Shown piece by piece: positions 61,013-64,000 of a DNA stretch of 64,000 nt; position 1 is the stretch's first letter; each line of letters begins with the position of its first letter. A program made the position numbers and the translations under genes. The stretch lies in NCBI GenBank assembly GCA_032718475.1, contig JAUCBJ010006989.1:1-64000 (forward strand), read 5' to 3'. A model generated the notes under the pieces. The model was given only the letters and a program-made list of their open reading frames with translations. It did no database searches and was not told the origin of the DNA. The stretch comes from Nemertoderma westbladi. Lineage: Eukaryota > Animalia > Xenacoelomorpha.

Positions 61013-63852
61013 ATCATGACCTACTATATATACGACCCGCCAAGCTGCTGCAAAGCCCCTAAATTTAGTGGGCCAGTTATTTCTCTTAGATAGAACCCCT
61101 AAAACTATATGTTAGGCGCGTCGAAAGTACTTGTCCCTAACTAAAATTATGTTCTCTTTCAGATGAGACAAATAAAAATTGAATAGCTCCAGTAGTTTTC
61201 GAGGAGTTCCTGGCACCTATACCATATCAACACCTTTCGAAATTGATAAAATTACACAAAATACATCACCTTTCAAAGACATAGGTATAACCATTAAACC
61301 ATATAATGTTTTTTTGTTTTGTTGAATTCATTATTAGTAATCGAAAGCAAGATTAGAAGCAACATTTTCATTTTTTTATCAATAGATAGTAAAAGAGCAC
61401 CAAAAGTGCAAGTAGCACTTTTTTCAAAAGTGGTAAATTGGCCGCAAAGATTGGCTACTGAGATTTTAGATTTCTGATTTTATTGGGAAGGTTTATTCCT
61501 CTACATCAAACCTATCGAAGGGTTGTGTAATATAACAACATAGGCATGTTGTTATATTAGTTATTAGTCAGTTATTTGTGCCCCTGGAGCACGAAAAAAA
61601 CACGTAGTGAAAATATGATAATGAAAAATCACCACGAAAACAAATTGATTTTATGACTATGTGGTTTTTTGGGATGCTGATCACGAATATGACACTGAAA
61701 AATATCCTACCTTGTTGATTACGGCTTTTTTTTTGGATACGTGTCAATGTGCGGCACGAAAAATAAAAGTGTAGCACAGATTTGATAATCAAAAATAATT
61801 ACCGAATCAACCTGATTTTATGCCATTATGGGTTTTCTGGGACGCTGATCACGAATATGACATTCATAAATGTCGTTTTATCCAACCAAATTTGATTTTT
61901 GCCGTTTGAAATTATATGCTACTTGTAGTTTTAGCCCCACCAGACAAACACGTAAACGATAGATGCCTTACCACGAATTATTTTTAACAAGTTGTAACGT
62001 AATCAGCGGCTTTGAAAACCAGTATAGCTTCAGAATTACAAAACCAAAGGCAAAATTTAACAGTTTGAAATTTTTGCTACTTGTATACTTTTCGTTCTGG
62101 GGCACCGCACCAGAATGGCACCAAAATTGGGTTTGCACATACCAGAAATATTTATAACTAGTTTCATCGTGATCAGCGACCTCGAAAACCCATATACGTT
62201 CAGAATTATCAAACCAAACACAAAATGTTTAGTTTGACAATAGTAGAGTAGAGTAAAATAAAGTATTAGTTCCTCAAATCATTAAACGACACTACCTGTA
62301 TATTCCAGGATAGTTAATAATAATTCCCCTAAATAATATCAGTTCCTCATTATATTGAAGTCGTAATATTAATTTATCTCAGCATATCTATTATGTATCA
62401 ATAACCATTGTCTATTAAATCCAAGACAAAGAGAAGCGAACACTGTTAAGGTGGCCACGAATATTGTTACTTGAGATCCTCCGAAAGGGCCGATATGTCT
62501 TCGGGGGATTCAGATAGGAGTCCCGCTGGTTTAGGCAGGAGAATAACACTACCGTTATGGTTCTTAAAGAATAACGGGCTCCCCCAACCCAAAGTCCAGC
62601 AGTAGCTTCATCTCTGCATCAGATAAAGAACTATTTTTACTCTCCTTCATGAATTTCGATGGACGCTGGAAGGTATATTCTTTTTACTGGCGGCCTCCGA
62701 GGAATTTGAGGCAGTTAGCACACTGAAGTCGGAACAGATTCCGGGTTTACTGAATGCTGGAATGTATCTGTGTATCGCCCGTCCAAATGTCAGAATGTTA
62801 GTGGAAGCGGAAGGCCCTGGCAACCTGGCAGCCTGGTGTCATCTGTTCTGTAGAAAAGCCTTGACTAGTTGAACTAAGTGTCACTGTAGATCGAGCGCGC
62901 GAGCGGCATCTATCAGTCTATACACACAGCACTAGGCCCTATCTAACTAAAACTGTTCTGTTACGGCCTGCATACAGATTCAGATACAGTACTATGTCCA
63001 GACCAAAGATTAGGCCCCCGTGGCGCCGTGGCTGCCAGCCCGGGTAGAGGTGATAATAACTATTCAAATAAATACAGGTACGGACGTAATCAGGTAATAT
63101 AATGATGATAAGGCATTGATGCGTAACAGCATAATCCAGTCATCAGTAATGGAATGCCTAAAGCATTAGTGCAGTACAATGCGCACATACCACAGTACTG
63201 ACTGACTGAAATAGAAGTGCAATGGCTGGCACTTAAACTTTTCGACTGACACATTGGCCATTTTTGAAAAATACCAAAATTTTATAAGCATTGTCAATTA
63301 AATCAGCACATTCTAAAAACTCAGTAGCCAAACTATAAGGCCAAATTACCACTTTTTGCTATTTGAAAATTTTCGAGCTACTTTTAATTTTGGTGCTCTT
63401 TTAGTGTCTATTATAAAATAAACAATGAAGATTTTATTCTAATTTCGCTTTCGATTACTAATAATTAATTCGACTAACCAAAAAAGCATCATAGGGTTTC
63501 TATCCTATATGTTATGTTGGACAATACCTTTATATCGGTACATTGTTTGGTGTATATGGTTTAATGGTTATACCAAAGTGCTTGAAGGGTGATGTATTTT
63601 GAGTAATTTTATCAATTCCGAAAAGTGCTGATATGGTATGGGTGCCAGGAACTCCTCATATCTCAAAAACTAATGGAGCTATTAAATTTTTAGTTGTCTC
63701 ATCTGAAAGAAAACATAATTTTAGTTAAGGTCAAGTACTTACGACGCGCTAGACGTATTGTTTCAGGGGTTTTATCTAAGAGAACTAACTGGCCCACTAA
63801 ATTTTGGGGCTTTGCAGCAGCTTAGCGGGTCGTATCTATAGTAGGTCATGAT
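61013..63852. mobile_element. 2.8-kb non-autonomous DNA transposon with ~450-550-bp TIRs
   Basis: ATCATGACCTACTAT...GCTGCTGCAAAGCCCC is inverted at 63805-63852. Arm similarity runs from ~61470 to ~63310. Internal inverted GCTGATCACG / CGTGATCAGC modules at 61640-62230. Confidence 0.88.
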
Positions 63853-64000
63853 TTTATTTTGTTCTAGAACTATACAATGTTGCCATGGTAACAATTATTT
63901 TATAAAGATGCGACTGCATACGGAACTGTTACCTTTTTTTAAATACTGCTATTTTGAAATTTAAAAATTAATTAACTAATTAATTAACTACAGGTTCTTG

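Overview
AT-rich eukaryotic (animal, probably invertebrate) genomic DNA. There is no prokaryotic operon or CRISPR structure. Host genes: an intronless PKA catalytic-subunit-like kinase (5113-6180 +), a single-exon MFS/SLC18B1-like transporter (17786-19102 -), a two-exon TRPM channel without a C-terminal enzyme domain (26937-26782 + 26554-22478 -), three exons of a DHX36-like DEAH helicase (40975-44598 +, continuing beyond what I can trace), and a candidate small antisense orphan ORF (47738-48151 -). The rest is dense with mobile DNA: an intact 2685-aa BEL/Pao polyprotein, about seven RTE-clade LINE fragments, two other LINE remnants, a CRE-like remnant, tRNA-derived SINEs, many MITE/foldback elements (some triply nested), Helentron/HINE-like repeats and a 7-kb 60-bp satellite with higher-order structure. 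The least expected signals are self-cleaving-RNA folds read by eye. One is a type III hammerhead with complementary loops (11425-11478), whose second copy (9657) begins 1 nt from the predicted cleavage site. The other is an HDV-like ribozyme remnant heading an RTE 5' end (19244-19337). All family assignments come from motif recognition; no searches were run.
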